A DNA stretch of 64,000 nucleotides. Origin: Candidatus Wolframiiraptor gerlachensis. Its GTDB lineage: Archaea; Thermoproteota; Nitrososphaeria_A; Caldarchaeales; Wolframiiraptoraceae. Position 1 is the first letter of the stretch. The number at the start of each line of letters is the position of its first letter. The notes beneath the pieces were generated by a model that saw only the letters and a program-made list of their open reading frames with translations, was not told where the DNA came from and did not search any database. The stretch lies in NCBI GenBank assembly GCA_021323375.2, contig JAJPCT020000018.1, positions 55,079 through 119,078 of the forward strand, given 5' to 3'. The translations under genes and the position numbers were made by a program. This document shows positions 1 through 10,591 of the stretch, piece by piece.

Positions 1-693
1 CAGGGCTATAGAGCGGTCTTCATAGCGACGGGCGCTGGCAGGTCAAACATCCCTCAAATGAAGGGGGTCGAGTTGGAGAGCGTTCACGCCGCGCTGGAGT
101 TTCTGAAGCTGGTCAAGGAGGGGAGGCTTAGATCCATGTCGGGTAAGGTCTGGGTTATAGGCGGGGGCAACACGGCGATAGATGCTGCTCGAACAGCCCT
201 TAGGCTAGGAGCAGAATCTGTCAGGATAATGTATCGGAGGAGTATGGAGGAGATGCCTGCTAGGAGGGAGGAGATTGAGGAGGCCCTCGATGAAGGAGTA
301 GAGATAATGTTCCTCACTCAGCCGATAGAGCTGATAGGTGAGGATGGCAGGCTCCGAAAAATAAGATGTATCAAGATGATGCTCGGGGAGCGGGGGCCTG
401 ATGGGAGGAGAAAGCCCGTGCCACTAGAGGGTTCTGAATTCGAGGTCGAGGCCGATCACGTGATATTTGCGACCGGTGAGCGCCCCTCAACCGAGTGGCT
501 CTCGGAACGGGATGGCATAGAGCTAATGGAGGATGGGAGGATAAAAGTGAATGAGAGGCTTGAGACCAGCAGGCGCGGCGTCTTCGCTGGGGGAGACGTT
601 GTTAGAGGACCATCGCTCTATAGCGTGGCCTCGGCTGATGGGATGAGAGCTGCCAAGGAGATTGACCGTTACCTGAGAAGCCTATCTTCCTAG
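1..693 (+). CDS. NAD(P)H-dependent FAD oxidoreductase of the glutamate synthase small-subunit family (GltD/SudA/NfnB-like), C-terminal part; 5' end is outside the window
   Basis: Frame 1 is open from base 1 (QGYRAVFIATGAGRS...) and runs into listed ORF 58..693. It has a second Rossmann motif VWVIGGGNTAIDAARTA and a C-terminal FAGGDVVRGPS motif typical of this family. Confidence 0.8.
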   Translation, partial: QGYRAVFIATGAGRSNIPQMKGVELESVHAALEFLKLVKEGRLRSMSGKVWVIGGGNTAIDAARTALRLGAESVRIMYRRSMEEMPARREEIEEALDEGVEIMFLTQPIELIGEDGRLRKIRCIKMMLGERGPDGRRKPVPLEGSEFEVEADHVIFATGERPSTEWLSERDGIELMEDGRIKVNERLETSRRGVFAGGDVVRGPSLYSVASADGMRAAKEIDRYLRSLSS

Positions 694-1379
694 CGATACT
701 CGAGGACGACCATGACATGATCGCGCTCATATGGCTCGAGTGATATGACCTCGATCGGCTTAAACCCATTCTTCTCGAGGATCTCAACCTCCCTCCTATA
801 GATTATCTCGGGCTCTTGGACGCTGTCGATGCTCCTTGCCTTGACGGCTAGGTATCCATGCCCCCCGCTCTTAAGCATGAGCCTAGCATTGTCCGAGAAT
901 AGCTTCGCCTGCTCTGGCTGGGCCACGTCGCAGTAGATCACGTCAACCTCGCCAACGATGGGCGCATAGGTCTCCGGCTTCCTAGCATCGCCAAAAATCG
1001 GAACCACGTTCATCCTCCTATCCGAGACATTACGCTTGAACTGTATCATGACCCTGGCCGCGAACTCGACCCCATATAGCACGCCCCGCTCCCCTATTAT
1101 ATCGGAGACATGGCTTGAGGTGGTTCCAGTCGCGGTTCCGAGATAGAGGACTCTCGAGCCAGGCTTTATGAACATGTTATCCATACCCTTTATTATTGCC
1201 GCGGCCAGCTTGCTCCGATAAGGTATCCAGCTACGATACTCCTCGCCCCTAACCCTGTAAAGCTTCTCACCATAAACTTGGACGCCTGGAACTAGATTCT
1301 TGGTCGCCAGCACCTTCTCCCCCTCATCCCTTATCCAGTAAACCCCCTCGAATCTCTCATGTGGAGTTAGCTCCACCAT
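690..1379 (-). CDS. flpA: Fibrillarin-like rRNA/tRNA 2'-O-methyltransferase
   Basis: 229 aa. SAM-binding block VLYLGTATGTTSSHVSDI and full-length resemblance to archaeal fibrillarin. Confidence 0.95.
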   Translation of the reverse strand: MVELTPHERFEGVYWIRDEGEKVLATKNLVPGVQVYGEKLYRVRGEEYRSWIPYRSKLAAAIIKGMDNMFIKPGSRVLYLGTATGTTSSHVSDIIGERGVLYGVEFAARVMIQFKRNVSDRRMNVVPIFGDARKPETYAPIVGEVDVIYCDVAQPEQAKLFSDNARLMLKSGGHGYLAVKARSIDSVQEPEIIYRREVEILEKNGFKPIEVISLEPYERDHVMVVLEYR

Positions 1380-1430
1380 GCTCCCTTACCACTCTACATC
1401 GTATACGGCTTCATAATTATCTTTCTCCCG

Positions 1431-3251
1431 TTAGAGGACCGTCACGCTCTTGGCGAGGTTTCTCGGCTTATCTGGATCCAGCCCCCTCTCCAGCGCCAGG
1501 TAGTATGCTAGGAACTGGAATGGGATGACGTAGATTATCGGGCTCAGGATCTCGTGAACCTTTGGAAGGCCGAGCCACCAGTCCACATTCTCCCTAAGCT
1601 CGTTATCGCCCTCGGTTCCAACACAGTATATCTTGGCACCTCGAGCCTTCATCTCCATAATATTCCCCAGTATATGCTTCCGAGTAGAGTCTGATGGGGC
1701 TATGAAGAATACGGGATACCCATCCTCGATGACGCTTATCGGCCCATGCTTGCTCTCTCCAGCAGGGTATGCTATGCAGGGGATATAGCTGAGCTCCATC
1801 ACCTTAAGCCTCGCCTCTAAGGCGGTTGCATAGCTTATCCCCCTCCCGAGGAAGAAGATGCTCCGCGCGTTCGCGAGCTCCTTTGCGAGATCTCGCATAG
1901 GCTTATCCGAGATCGCGAGGGTCTTCTCGACGAGCTCCGGGAGCTTCCTAAGCTCCTCCTCGAGCTCATCTATCTCGTATTGTGCGAGCTTTCCCCTCTT
2001 CCTTGCTAGGCGGAGGGCTAGCTGGGCGAGGACTGTGAGCTGGGCCGTGAAGGTTTTGGTCGCGGCGACCCCAATCTCCGGCCCGGAGTTCTGGAGGACG
2101 TATGCCCTCGACACCCTCGTCAGGGTTGAGCCCACGACATTTGTGACCGCGAGTATCGTCGCGGCCGTCATCCTAGCATGATCAACCGCCGCTAGGACAT
2201 CAGCGGTCTCCCCCGACTGGCTCACAGCCAATATGATCGAGTCTATGCCTATGGATCTACCATAGTTCTCTATGAACTCCGAGGCTATCACGGGGATCGT
2301 GGTCAGTCTAGCGATCTTCGAGAACATGTATGATGCGGCTATGCATGCGTTATGGGATGTTCCAGCCGCGAGGAGAAACACATCCCTACCACGGTCCAAG
2401 AACTCGGTTAAGAGGTCGAGATATTTCTCCTGCGCCTTGAGGGCCTCCCTAACCGTTTGAGGCTGCTCATATATCTCCTTCAACGTGAAATGTGGATAGC
2501 CAGATCTCTCCGCCTCCTCAATAGTCCACGTCAACTCTATTATCCTCTTATTGATCTCAACCCCGGAGTCGACCTTGAAGACCCTGACCTCTGAAGGTGT
2601 TATGTATCCCACCTCACCATTATCGATGAATATTGCTCTACGCGTATGCTCAATGAATGCGGCCACATCGCTCGCGATGAAGTTCACGCCATCCCCAAGC
2701 CCGATTATGAGCGGAGACTCATTTCTCGCGAAGACAATTTTATCCGGCTCCCTAGGCGATATAATGGCGAGCGCGTAGCTCCCCTTAAGCCTCTTGACCG
2801 CGGCGATTGTTGACTCTAGAAGGCTCTTCCCAGCCTCCAGCCCCTCCTCTATCAGATGGGCGATAACCTCAGTATCTGTCCTAGATCTAAAGAAATGCCT
2901 CCTATCAATGAGCTCTTCCTTTAGCTCGAGGAAGTTCTCTATCACGCCATTATGAACTACGGCCACAAGCCCATCACAGTCAATATGTGGGTGAGCATTA
3001 ACTTGGCTTGGTGCGCCATGGGTGGCCCATCTAGTATGAGCTATTCCTATGGATCCCGGAAGATCATCCAAGTTCAGCCTAGCATGTATCTCATCTATCT
3101 TCCCCGAGTCCTTTTTCAGATGTATCTTTCCATCATGTATTGTCGCGACTCCGGCTGAGTCATATCCCCTATACTCAAGCCTCATGAGGCCTTTACGGAG
3201 TATGGGCGCTGCGCTTCCATTCTTTAAGGCGCATCCTATGATCCCGCACAT
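1431..3251 (-). CDS. glmS: Glutamine--fructose-6-phosphate aminotransferase (isomerizing)
   Basis: MCGIIG N-terminal nucleophile Cys, two SIS domains and a C-terminal NLAKSVTV tail. I place the start at the Met directly before Cys (3251) rather than the ORF-track start at 3260. Confidence 0.95.
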   Translation of the reverse strand: MCGIIGCALKNGSAAPILRKGLMRLEYRGYDSAGVATIHDGKIHLKKDSGKIDEIHARLNLDDLPGSIGIAHTRWATHGAPSQVNAHPHIDCDGLVAVVHNGVIENFLELKEELIDRRHFFRSRTDTEVIAHLIEEGLEAGKSLLESTIAAVKRLKGSYALAIISPREPDKIVFARNESPLIIGLGDGVNFIASDVAAFIEHTRRAIFIDNGEVGYITPSEVRVFKVDSGVEINKRIIELTWTIEEAERSGYPHFTLKEIYEQPQTVREALKAQEKYLDLLTEFLDRGRDVFLLAAGTSHNACIAASYMFSKIARLTTIPVIASEFIENYGRSIGIDSIILAVSQSGETADVLAAVDHARMTAATILAVTNVVGSTLTRVSRAYVLQNSGPEIGVAATKTFTAQLTVLAQLALRLARKRGKLAQYEIDELEEELRKLPELVEKTLAISDKPMRDLAKELANARSIFFLGRGISYATALEARLKVMELSYIPCIAYPAGESKHGPISVIEDGYPVFFIAPSDSTRKHILGNIMEMKARGAKIYCVGTEGDNELRENVDWWLGLPKVHEILSPIIYVIPFQFLAYYLALERGLDPDKPRNLAKSVTVL

Positions 3252-3942
3252 CGCTCTCAATGACCCAAGAAGCTTATTTCTTCTCTTAAAATCTTATCAT
3301 GTTAGAAAATCTAGAACTTTGGTGAAGAAGCGATAATGGATGGGATGGGGTGGGCTGGCTGACGTATTCTCGCAGCCATAAAGGCCGCAGAGAAAAGCCT
3401 TAAAACCATCCATGGATTCATTAATCCTCCATGGTGGGATAACCATCCTAACCTTACCGACCCTTATGGCTCTTACTACCAGCCAGCCATCAAATTTGTT
3501 ATCACTAGCTATGTCAAAACGTTTTCAGCACCTTGTAAGAATTAATTAAATAATTCTAATTTGGGTATTGCCTGCCTCTTTGGCAAATAGAGGCCTTCTC
3601 ACGAAAAACTACAGACATTACTTCTATCCTATTGAGTTTGGATAACAGGAAGATAGTCAGGCCAGGTGTAGTAAAGATCAAGAGGGGGCTAGACTTCAAA
3701 ATGTTTAAAATGTTTACTCTACTAATCCTAGAGATCCGGGAGAGATCATTATATCGAGAGGACATCTACCTTATAGATCCATAGGTAGAAGTGTAATCCT
3801 AGAAACCTAAGCGGAAAATAAAAGACTTTTTTGAAACGGTTAGGGTAAAGAAGAAGTTATCAAAAACTTTTCCCTTTCCAACCGAATTTTGTTTTTATCA
3901 TTCTAGAGCTTCCTAGGTTAAGCTCTCCAAGGAGTAGAATCA

Positions 3943-6255
3943 CTAATCCGCTCCCAAGTATCCGGCGAAATAAACCTGTCCTACAGCTGCTCCACCATCC
4001 CCAGGCGGGATCATCCTATTTACGTGAATCCTGAACCCTGAGGCTCTTTCTATGGCTGAGAGGATTACATGGTTGACAGCGGCACCTCCTGAGACGTATA
4101 TAGCCTTGACTCCAAGCTCGCGGGCCTTCTCAGCGGCGACGGCCCCAAGACAACTCCCCAAGATATACTGCGCCGTGTAAGCTATATCATGTCTAGAGTT
4201 GTTGTCGAGGCTCTCCACTATGGCCCTCATGATCTCGCCAGTCATTATTGTGATCGCATCGCCCTTCTTGGAGACGAAGTCATCCGATGGATTACTGATT
4301 ATCAGCCTCCCGCCATAAGACGCCTCCTCAAGCATTATCGCCGGCTCGCCCTCATATGTCCTCTCGAGGCAGAGTGTTAGGAGGGCTGAGACGCTATCAA
4401 GAAATCTTCCAGTACTTGATGTCATAGGCCCTCTTCCCCGCCTTATTTGGGCTAGGACCGCCTCAAGCTCTCTAGACCCATGCTTGAACCCTCTCAGGAG
4501 GCCGCGCCTCCGGATGAAGGACCCGACCTCATCAAGATCCATGAACTTGGATAGTATTGAGGCGAGCATTCTGACGGGCCTATAGGCTGCTAGGTCGCCG
4601 CCCGGCATGAGCGAGTAGTCTAAGAATCCGGCGCGCTCGAATACTCCATCAGCCCATGCTAGGATCTCGCCTCCCCAGATCGCTCCATCGAGCCCATAGC
4701 CGGCTCCATCAATCATTATTCCCACGGCGGGCTCATCCAGGTCATGGCCTACCTCAGCCATAACCGATGCGAAGTGGGCGATGTGATGCTGAACAAGCTT
4801 AAGCTCGAGCCCCTTACCGGATGCGTATTTCTCCGCAGCCCTCCTTGAATAATAAGCTGGATGGAGATCCGCCGCGACGACTGGCCTTCTCTCAATTAAG
4901 CCATAGCATTCTGAGAGGAATTCGAGGTTGCCGACATGCTCCTCGAGCACCCTCGGATTATCCATGTCGCCCGAGTAGGGTGCCAAGATTATCTTATCAT
5001 CAAACCCTATTGCGCCATTAGTCTCGAGATCGCCCCCAAAGGCTATCACGGGCCTCTTAAGGGGATGCTTGAGCTTCATGATCCTCGGGGCATATCCCCT
5101 CCCATATCTCAGGATCACCGGACCGCCATGAGTCGGCCTAACAACCGAGTCATCAACCCTATGAACTATTTTCCTATTATGCGTCAGGATATAGTCTACT
5201 ATGCTCGTGAGCTCTTTTAGCCTCGAGTCATCGCTTATCATGGGGTCTCCATGCACGTTCCCGCTCGTCATTACTAGGAACTTGTCCCTTGTCTCCATAA
5301 GTAGAAGGTAGTGGAGGGGCGTATATGCGAGCATGAGCCCGAGGCTTCGAAGGGATGGGGCCACATAGTCGGAGACCGGGCAGTCCTCCCTCCTCAGCAG
5401 GATTATTATCGGCTTGATGAACCCCGTGAACAGGTCGATTAGGTCCTCGGGGATCTCGACAAGCTTCTCCGCGACCTCTAGGTTGAGCGCCATTATTGCG
5501 AAGGGCTTTCTAGGCCTCCTCTTCCTCCTCCTAAGCTCCAAGACAACCTCATCATCGCTCGCGAGGCATGCTATATGATAGCCGCCAATCCCCTTTACCG
5601 CGACAATCATCCCCTCGTCAATCAGCCTCGCAGCCTGCTTCACGGGATCATCGGCTTCAACTCTCTCAAAACTCCTATCTAGAAGGGATATTCTGGGGCC
5701 ACATCTAGGGCAGCTTATCCCTTGAGCATGATACCTCCTCTCATTCCAGAGATCATTATACTCGCTCAAGCACTCATCACATAACGGGAAATCCCTCATC
5801 GCCGTATTCTCCCTATCATAGGGCGGCTTGTAGATCATTGAATACCTGGGCCCGCACCAGGCGCAGCTATTAAACGGGTACCTATACCATCTGCTCGCGG
5901 GATTCACCACCTCTCCGAGGCAGTGCTCGCAGGCGGCAAGATCCTGAGGAATCTCGGATGCTATGATCCTCTCAATGCCGCTCTCAAGTATGATGAAGTC
6001 TTGGAGGCTGGAGGGCTTCACCTCTTCAACCTTTACAATCTCGAGCTTGGCTGGTGGGGGACGTCTCTCCATGAGTAGCCTGAGAAACTCGCCTACACGA
6101 CCCTCCTCCTCCGACTCGACAAATATCTCAACCTCCCCGCCGCCGAGGTTCCTCACATAGCCTCTCACGCCGGTGATCTTGGCTATCCTCCTGACGAATG
6201 GCCTGAAGCCGACACCCTGAACCATTCCAGTGACATATATTCTCAGAGCCTTCAT
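3943..6255 (-). CDS. hypF: [NiFe] hydrogenase maturation carbamoyltransferase HypF
   Basis: 770 aa. N-terminal acylphosphatase domain (VQGVGFRPFV), two CxxC-x18-CxxC zinc fingers, a YrdC-like domain and a Kae1-like C-terminal domain. Confidence 0.95.
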   Translation of the reverse strand: MKALRIYVTGMVQGVGFRPFVRRIAKITGVRGYVRNLGGGEVEIFVESEEEGRVGEFLRLLMERRPPPAKLEIVKVEEVKPSSLQDFIILESGIERIIASEIPQDLAACEHCLGEVVNPASRWYRYPFNSCAWCGPRYSMIYKPPYDRENTAMRDFPLCDECLSEYNDLWNERRYHAQGISCPRCGPRISLLDRSFERVEADDPVKQAARLIDEGMIVAVKGIGGYHIACLASDDEVVLELRRRKRRPRKPFAIMALNLEVAEKLVEIPEDLIDLFTGFIKPIIILLRREDCPVSDYVAPSLRSLGLMLAYTPLHYLLLMETRDKFLVMTSGNVHGDPMISDDSRLKELTSIVDYILTHNRKIVHRVDDSVVRPTHGGPVILRYGRGYAPRIMKLKHPLKRPVIAFGGDLETNGAIGFDDKIILAPYSGDMDNPRVLEEHVGNLEFLSECYGLIERRPVVAADLHPAYYSRRAAEKYASGKGLELKLVQHHIAHFASVMAEVGHDLDEPAVGIMIDGAGYGLDGAIWGGEILAWADGVFERAGFLDYSLMPGGDLAAYRPVRMLASILSKFMDLDEVGSFIRRRGLLRGFKHGSRELEAVLAQIRRGRGPMTSSTGRFLDSVSALLTLCLERTYEGEPAIMLEEASYGGRLIISNPSDDFVSKKGDAITIMTGEIMRAIVESLDNNSRHDIAYTAQYILGSCLGAVAAEKARELGVKAIYVSGGAAVNHVILSAIERASGFRIHVNRMIPPGDGGAAVGQVYFAGYLGAD

Positions 6256-6308
6256 GGAGGCGCCAGAAAGATGAAGGGGTTCGGAGAATAAAAACTAGAT
6301 CGCGCCAC

Positions 6309-7607
6309 TTACTCCCTGACTATCCTCAGCTTGATGGCGTGAACAGAGCATGAGATACATGGATCATAGTTTCTTATCGTAGTCTCTACTATGTGTTGCG
6401 CCTTTTCCGGGGGCCCACTCAAGATAAGATCCCCGACCTTGAATATGTCCTCCTCCATCGCGGCATAGTTCTGGGTTGTTGGCGGGACTATGTTCGCGTA
6501 GAGTATCCTACCCCTCTCATCTATCCTATAGCGGTGGTATAGCATCCCCCTCGGGGCCTCGACTATCGCAGCCGCCTCACCAGCCCTGACAACCGCCTCA
6601 ATATATGGAGCATGAGGTTCTGAATATTCCTCGATGAGCCTCCCTATCTCGATTATCGAGTGGAGGTTCTCGGCAGCCCTTGCCACGATGCTCTGATAAG
6701 TATTCTTGAGGGGGGCTTTGTATCCAGCCTTTTCTAGGATATCTTTAACCTCCGGCGCTAGGAGGTCGTAGTTTAGGTTGAACCTTGCGATGGGCCCGGT
6801 GATATATGACCTGCCATTCCTCAACCTGTAATGCAGGCCTGTGGAATACTTCTTCTGCTCAACAATGATGTTATCCTCGAAGGAGTCTTCCGGGAATTCC
6901 CAGCCCAAGTTGTTAGCAACCACGCCCTCGAGTATCGGGTACTCCTTCTTCCCCTTGAGGGACATAATGACCATGTCATACTCGATGTCCGGCAGATCTA
7001 GGTTTAGGATGAACTCGAGGAGCTTCTCGCCCTTCTTCCTAATCTCATCATAGTCGCGGGCCAGAGGTTCGAGCTCCTCTCTTCTTATGATCCTGTATAG
7101 ACCTCCAACCCTGAAGCCTATCGGGTGGATTGCGCGGCCCCCAATTATCTCTATTGCCCTATTACCCCAGCTCCTCACGGCGATGGCGTCCCTGACAAAG
7201 TCCGGGTAATCCCTCGCCATCTCGAGAGCGGAATGATATCCTAGGAAGTCCGGCGCATGGAGGAATGCGAAGTGCAGAACATGGCTCTCGATCCACTCGC
7301 CGTAGAAGGCTATCTTTCTAAGGATCTTTATCTCCTCTGGGATATCTATTCCGAGGATCTTCTCCATGGCCCTGCAGGCCGCAAAGATATAGGCGAGAGG
7401 ACATATGCCGCAGATCCTCGCTGTTATATCAGGCGCCTCAAGATAAGGTCTTCCGCGGAGAAATGCCTCAAAGAACCTCGGAGGCTCGAATATGTTGACC
7501 TCGACATAGTCTAACTTGCCATTCTTCACTCTTACCCAGACTCCTCCCTCACCCTCGACCCTCGCCAGCTGGCTGACCTTTATCTCGAAACTCTTACTCT
7601 CGCTCAT
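6309..7607 (-). CDS. hydA: NiFe hydrogenase large (alpha) subunit, cytoplasmic sulfhydrogenase type
   Basis: 432 aa. N-terminal RICGICPLAY and C-terminal DPCISCSVH Ni-binding motifs, with a 9-aa C-terminal extension for proteolytic maturation. It is the last gene of a B-G-D-A order operon. Confidence 0.9.
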   Translation of the reverse strand: MSESKSFEIKVSQLARVEGEGGVWVRVKNGKLDYVEVNIFEPPRFFEAFLRGRPYLEAPDITARICGICPLAYIFAACRAMEKILGIDIPEEIKILRKIAFYGEWIESHVLHFAFLHAPDFLGYHSALEMARDYPDFVRDAIAVRSWGNRAIEIIGGRAIHPIGFRVGGLYRIIRREELEPLARDYDEIRKKGEKLLEFILNLDLPDIEYDMVIMSLKGKKEYPILEGVVANNLGWEFPEDSFEDNIIVEQKKYSTGLHYRLRNGRSYITGPIARFNLNYDLLAPEVKDILEKAGYKAPLKNTYQSIVARAAENLHSIIEIGRLIEEYSEPHAPYIEAVVRAGEAAAIVEAPRGMLYHRYRIDERGRILYANIVPPTTQNYAAMEEDIFKVGDLILSGPPEKAQHIVETTIRNYDPCISCSVHAIKLRIVRE

Positions 7608-8379
7608 ACCTCTCCAGGAACCTCCTAATAGGATCAGACCAACCTGTAAAGCCTCTCAACCTAAGAATAACCTCCTCCTTTGGAAGGCCTATCTCCTCAA
7701 GCCTCCTAGCAAGCGCGTCGGGCTTCGGATCTATCATGGGGCCAAAGCATCCATAACATCCGCGGCCATAACTTGGGCAGAGGGCGCCGCATCCTTCAAC
7801 CATTATCGGTCCAAGGCATGGAATCCCCCGGGAAACCATCACGCAGACATTCCCCCCTCTCTTACACTCTTGGCACAAGCTCTCAAGCCTATGATAAGGC
7901 CTCCTACCAGTCAGCACCTGCTTCAAGACGCTGAAGAGCTGAAGCTCATTCACGGGGCATCCACTAACCTGATAATCCACCCTTATGTGGTCGGATACTG
8001 GCGTGGACTTCTCGAGGCTATTAATCCACTCCGGCTTCGGGTAAACCTGCTTGACAACATCCTGATAATTCATCCAGTTTCTCAACGACTGGATGCCGCC
8101 ATAGACAGCGCAAGTGCCTATCGCAATCACGATCCTCGAATTTTTCCTAATCTCCTTGACCAGCTCAACCTCATGCGGCGTTGAGACTGATCCCTCGATT
8201 AACGCGACGTCATATGGCCCCGGATCGATTCTGCTACTGGCCTCGAGGAAATACGCTATCTCGACCTTCTCAATTAGCGAGAGTAGGTTTTCTCCCAGAT
8301 CTATCAGCTTATCTTGGCACCCACTACATGACGAGAACTTGAAAACCGCTAACTTTGCTTTCTTATTATTCCCGCTCAT
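7594..8379 (-). CDS. hydD: NiFe hydrogenase small (delta) subunit
   Basis: 261 aa. Proximal-cluster Cys (FSSCSGC, GTCA, GCP) plus a C-terminal 8-Cys block CQEC-x6-C-x8-CLGP-x6-C-x3-C-x6-CYGC for two more 4Fe-4S clusters. Confidence 0.9.
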   Translation of the reverse strand: MSGNNKKAKLAVFKFSSCSGCQDKLIDLGENLLSLIEKVEIAYFLEASSRIDPGPYDVALIEGSVSTPHEVELVKEIRKNSRIVIAIGTCAVYGGIQSLRNWMNYQDVVKQVYPKPEWINSLEKSTPVSDHIRVDYQVSGCPVNELQLFSVLKQVLTGRRPYHRLESLCQECKRGGNVCVMVSRGIPCLGPIMVEGCGALCPSYGRGCYGCFGPMIDPKPDALARRLEEIGLPKEEVILRLRGFTGWSDPIRRFLERYERE

Positions 8380-9206
8380 ATCTCATCCACCCAGAAATAC
8401 TTCTTAATTAGCCAGTATGGGAATACGGGGCCATGTCTGCAGACGAAGTAGGGGCCCACTTGGCAGTGGCCGCAAAGCCCGATCCCGCACTTCATCCTCC
8501 TCTCTAGGGAGAAGTAGATCTGATTCTCCTTAAACCCGATCTGCTCAAGAGCCTTAACGGTGAACCTCATCATTATCTCGGGGCCGCAGACGAGGGCTAT
8601 AGTCCTCTCGACATCTATCCTCGCCATCGGTATAAGCTCTGTAACAACGCCGACATGATACCTCCAAGTCTCATCAGGGTGATCGACGGTAAGGAGGAAC
8701 TCCGTATTCGGTATCTCCCTATACCGGTCGAACTCATAGCGGTAGAGTAGGAGGCTGGGAGTTCTCGCTCCATAAAGTATCGTTAGCTTCCCATACTTCC
8801 CCCTATTCCTTTCAACCTCTAGGATGACTCCCCGGAGTGGCGCTAGCCCAATACCGCCAGCCACGATGAGCACATCCTTTCCAGCGAGCTTCTCGATTGG
8901 CCAGCCCTTACCATAGGGCCCCCTTATGCCAACCAAGTCGCCCTCACGCATCTTAAACAGGTAATCGGTCAATGCTCCAACAGATCTTACAGTCTGAACT
9001 AGGATCCCATCCTCCAACCCGCATATTGAGACGGGGGCCTCACCCACGCCTGGAACGTATACCTCGGTGAATTGCCCCGGCTTAGGCGCCTCAACGAGGC
9101 CCCCCTGTACTCTGAAGTAGAATGTCTTGGTATCTGGGGTCTCGGGGACTATCTTGACGATCTCGGCCCTAACCGGCACCATCGGAGTCCTGACTACCTC
9201 CTGCAC
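8376..9206 (-). CDS. hydG: Sulfhydrogenase gamma subunit (FAD/NAD(P)-binding oxidoreductase with 2Fe-2S)
   Basis: 276 aa. Ferredoxin-NADP reductase-like fold (LIVAGGIGLAPL) and a C-terminal CGIGLCGHCQVG cluster motif. It overlaps both neighbours. Confidence 0.85.
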   Translation of the reverse strand: MQEVVRTPMVPVRAEIVKIVPETPDTKTFYFRVQGGLVEAPKPGQFTEVYVPGVGEAPVSICGLEDGILVQTVRSVGALTDYLFKMREGDLVGIRGPYGKGWPIEKLAGKDVLIVAGGIGLAPLRGVILEVERNRGKYGKLTILYGARTPSLLLYRYEFDRYREIPNTEFLLTVDHPDETWRYHVGVVTELIPMARIDVERTIALVCGPEIMMRFTVKALEQIGFKENQIYFSLERRMKCGIGLCGHCQVGPYFVCRHGPVFPYWLIKKYFWVDEI

Positions 9207-10309
9207 CTCGTCTCCACCTCCTTCACCACATCTCTCACAACTTGCCTAAGATCTATTCCTGCGGGACACCAGGTTATGCACCTGCCGCATCCCACACATC
9301 CAAATGTCCCGAACTGCCTGATCCAATACACGAACTTGTGGAGAACCCAGTGCCTATACCTAGCGTAGAGGCTTTTCCTGAAGTGCCCCCCAGCGACCTG
9401 AGCATAGCTATAGCTATGGCATCCATCCCAGATCCTAATCCTCTTCGCGGATCCATCAAGCTCTGGCTCATCAATAACATCAAAGCAGAAGCATGTAGGG
9501 CATACCATATTACAATTAGCACAGCCGAAACATCTCTCAGCAATCTTCCTATAAACCTCCGAGTCTAATCCCATCTCGAGGGTCTCAGGAAGATTTTCCA
9601 GAGTGAACTCCGCTCGAGCCTTCTTAGACGCATCCAGCATGAGGTTTCTGAGGAAGTCAACCTGTTCATCCTCGGCAGGCCTGAGACTGAGCTCGCTGAG
9701 TATATCCACCCCGAGATCGCTCCCCGGCTGGAAGATTACAACGCCGCTGCCAACCCTAGTATAGGCCACATCGAATCCCTTGAAAGCAAACGGGCCCGTG
9801 CCCATGGTCGCGCAGAAGCATGTATCTCCAGGCTCCACGCAGTTCTCGACGATGAGAAGAAGGTTCTCCCTAACCTTCCGATAATACTCGTCTCCCAGCT
9901 CGCCCTGAACACCATCCATGACATTTATCGCAGCAAGATCACAAGGCTTTATACCGAAAAAGGCCGTCTTGTAGAACTCGAACCTCGGATATTCCACGCT
10001 CAGATCAGGCCTAATGATAAATAGGAGTAGCTCTGGGGGGTATAGGAACCTCTTTGGCGAGTCCGGGCCATGCCTGAACCTGCCGCCATTATTGACAACG
10101 CGATAATATCCAGGAGCCTGCTTATCCCCATAGCCATATGGGATCTCATTGAAATCATTTAATTGCTCAAGCCTTATGACGGAATTCACGAGCTTGGGCC
10201 CTATGACCCTATAACCTCTAGAAACCGCCACATTGAACAGCGACTTAAGGTCATCTTCCACACCGGAGTAGACCGACCCCCGGAACAACACTTGATCTGC
10301 GAAGATCAT
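9194..10309 (-). CDS. hydB: Sulfhydrogenase beta subunit (4Fe-4S dicluster protein)
   Basis: 371 aa. Motifs CFGCANCNMVCPTCFC and CVGCGRCITWCPAGI. It is the first gene of the four-gene operon. Confidence 0.85.
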   Translation of the reverse strand: MIFADQVLFRGSVYSGVEDDLKSLFNVAVSRGYRVIGPKLVNSVIRLEQLNDFNEIPYGYGDKQAPGYYRVVNNGGRFRHGPDSPKRFLYPPELLLFIIRPDLSVEYPRFEFYKTAFFGIKPCDLAAINVMDGVQGELGDEYYRKVRENLLLIVENCVEPGDTCFCATMGTGPFAFKGFDVAYTRVGSGVVIFQPGSDLGVDILSELSLRPAEDEQVDFLRNLMLDASKKARAEFTLENLPETLEMGLDSEVYRKIAERCFGCANCNMVCPTCFCFDVIDEPELDGSAKRIRIWDGCHSYSYAQVAGGHFRKSLYARYRHWVLHKFVYWIRQFGTFGCVGCGRCITWCPAGIDLRQVVRDVVKEVETRCRR

Positions 10310-10591
10310 AAAATCGTTATAATTTTAACCTTTCTAAAGAAAGCATTAGCCTCATTATGGAGAACCAGCTCTAGTTAAGTTTTGAGGTTGGAGGGGCTTT
10401 CGCGCGTTTTACCTGTTGAAGTTCTCCCGAATTCAGGTTGCTGTCAATTTTCCAAGTTTATTCAAGCTAACGCTTCCCACATTGACGAGGCTTGGATTCA
10501 GCTTAACACTCATGTCTATTATGATCTCTGCAATCTCGGCTGAAAGCTCGGCCTGCCTCTTCATACTCCATATAAATTGCGTGAAGTTGGG

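Noticed and set aside
3556-3765. 69-aa ORF in the AT-rich gap between glmS and hypF
   Set aside because: It has no motifs, atypical composition and no start context. It is treated as non-coding, and the gap itself is reported as a finding.
7516-8184. 222-aa plus-strand ORF over hydD/hydA
   Set aside because: It is antisense to two well-supported hydrogenase subunit genes and has a Pro/Leu/Ser-rich composition.
10433-10564. 43-aa minus-strand ORF (MKRQAELSAEIAEIIIDMSVKLNPSLVNVGSVSLNKLGKLTAT) just downstream of the AbrB-PhoU gene
   Set aside because: It is readable but has no recognisable family, its ribosome-binding spacing is poor, and it lies in the hydB promoter region. The evidence is insufficient to call a gene.
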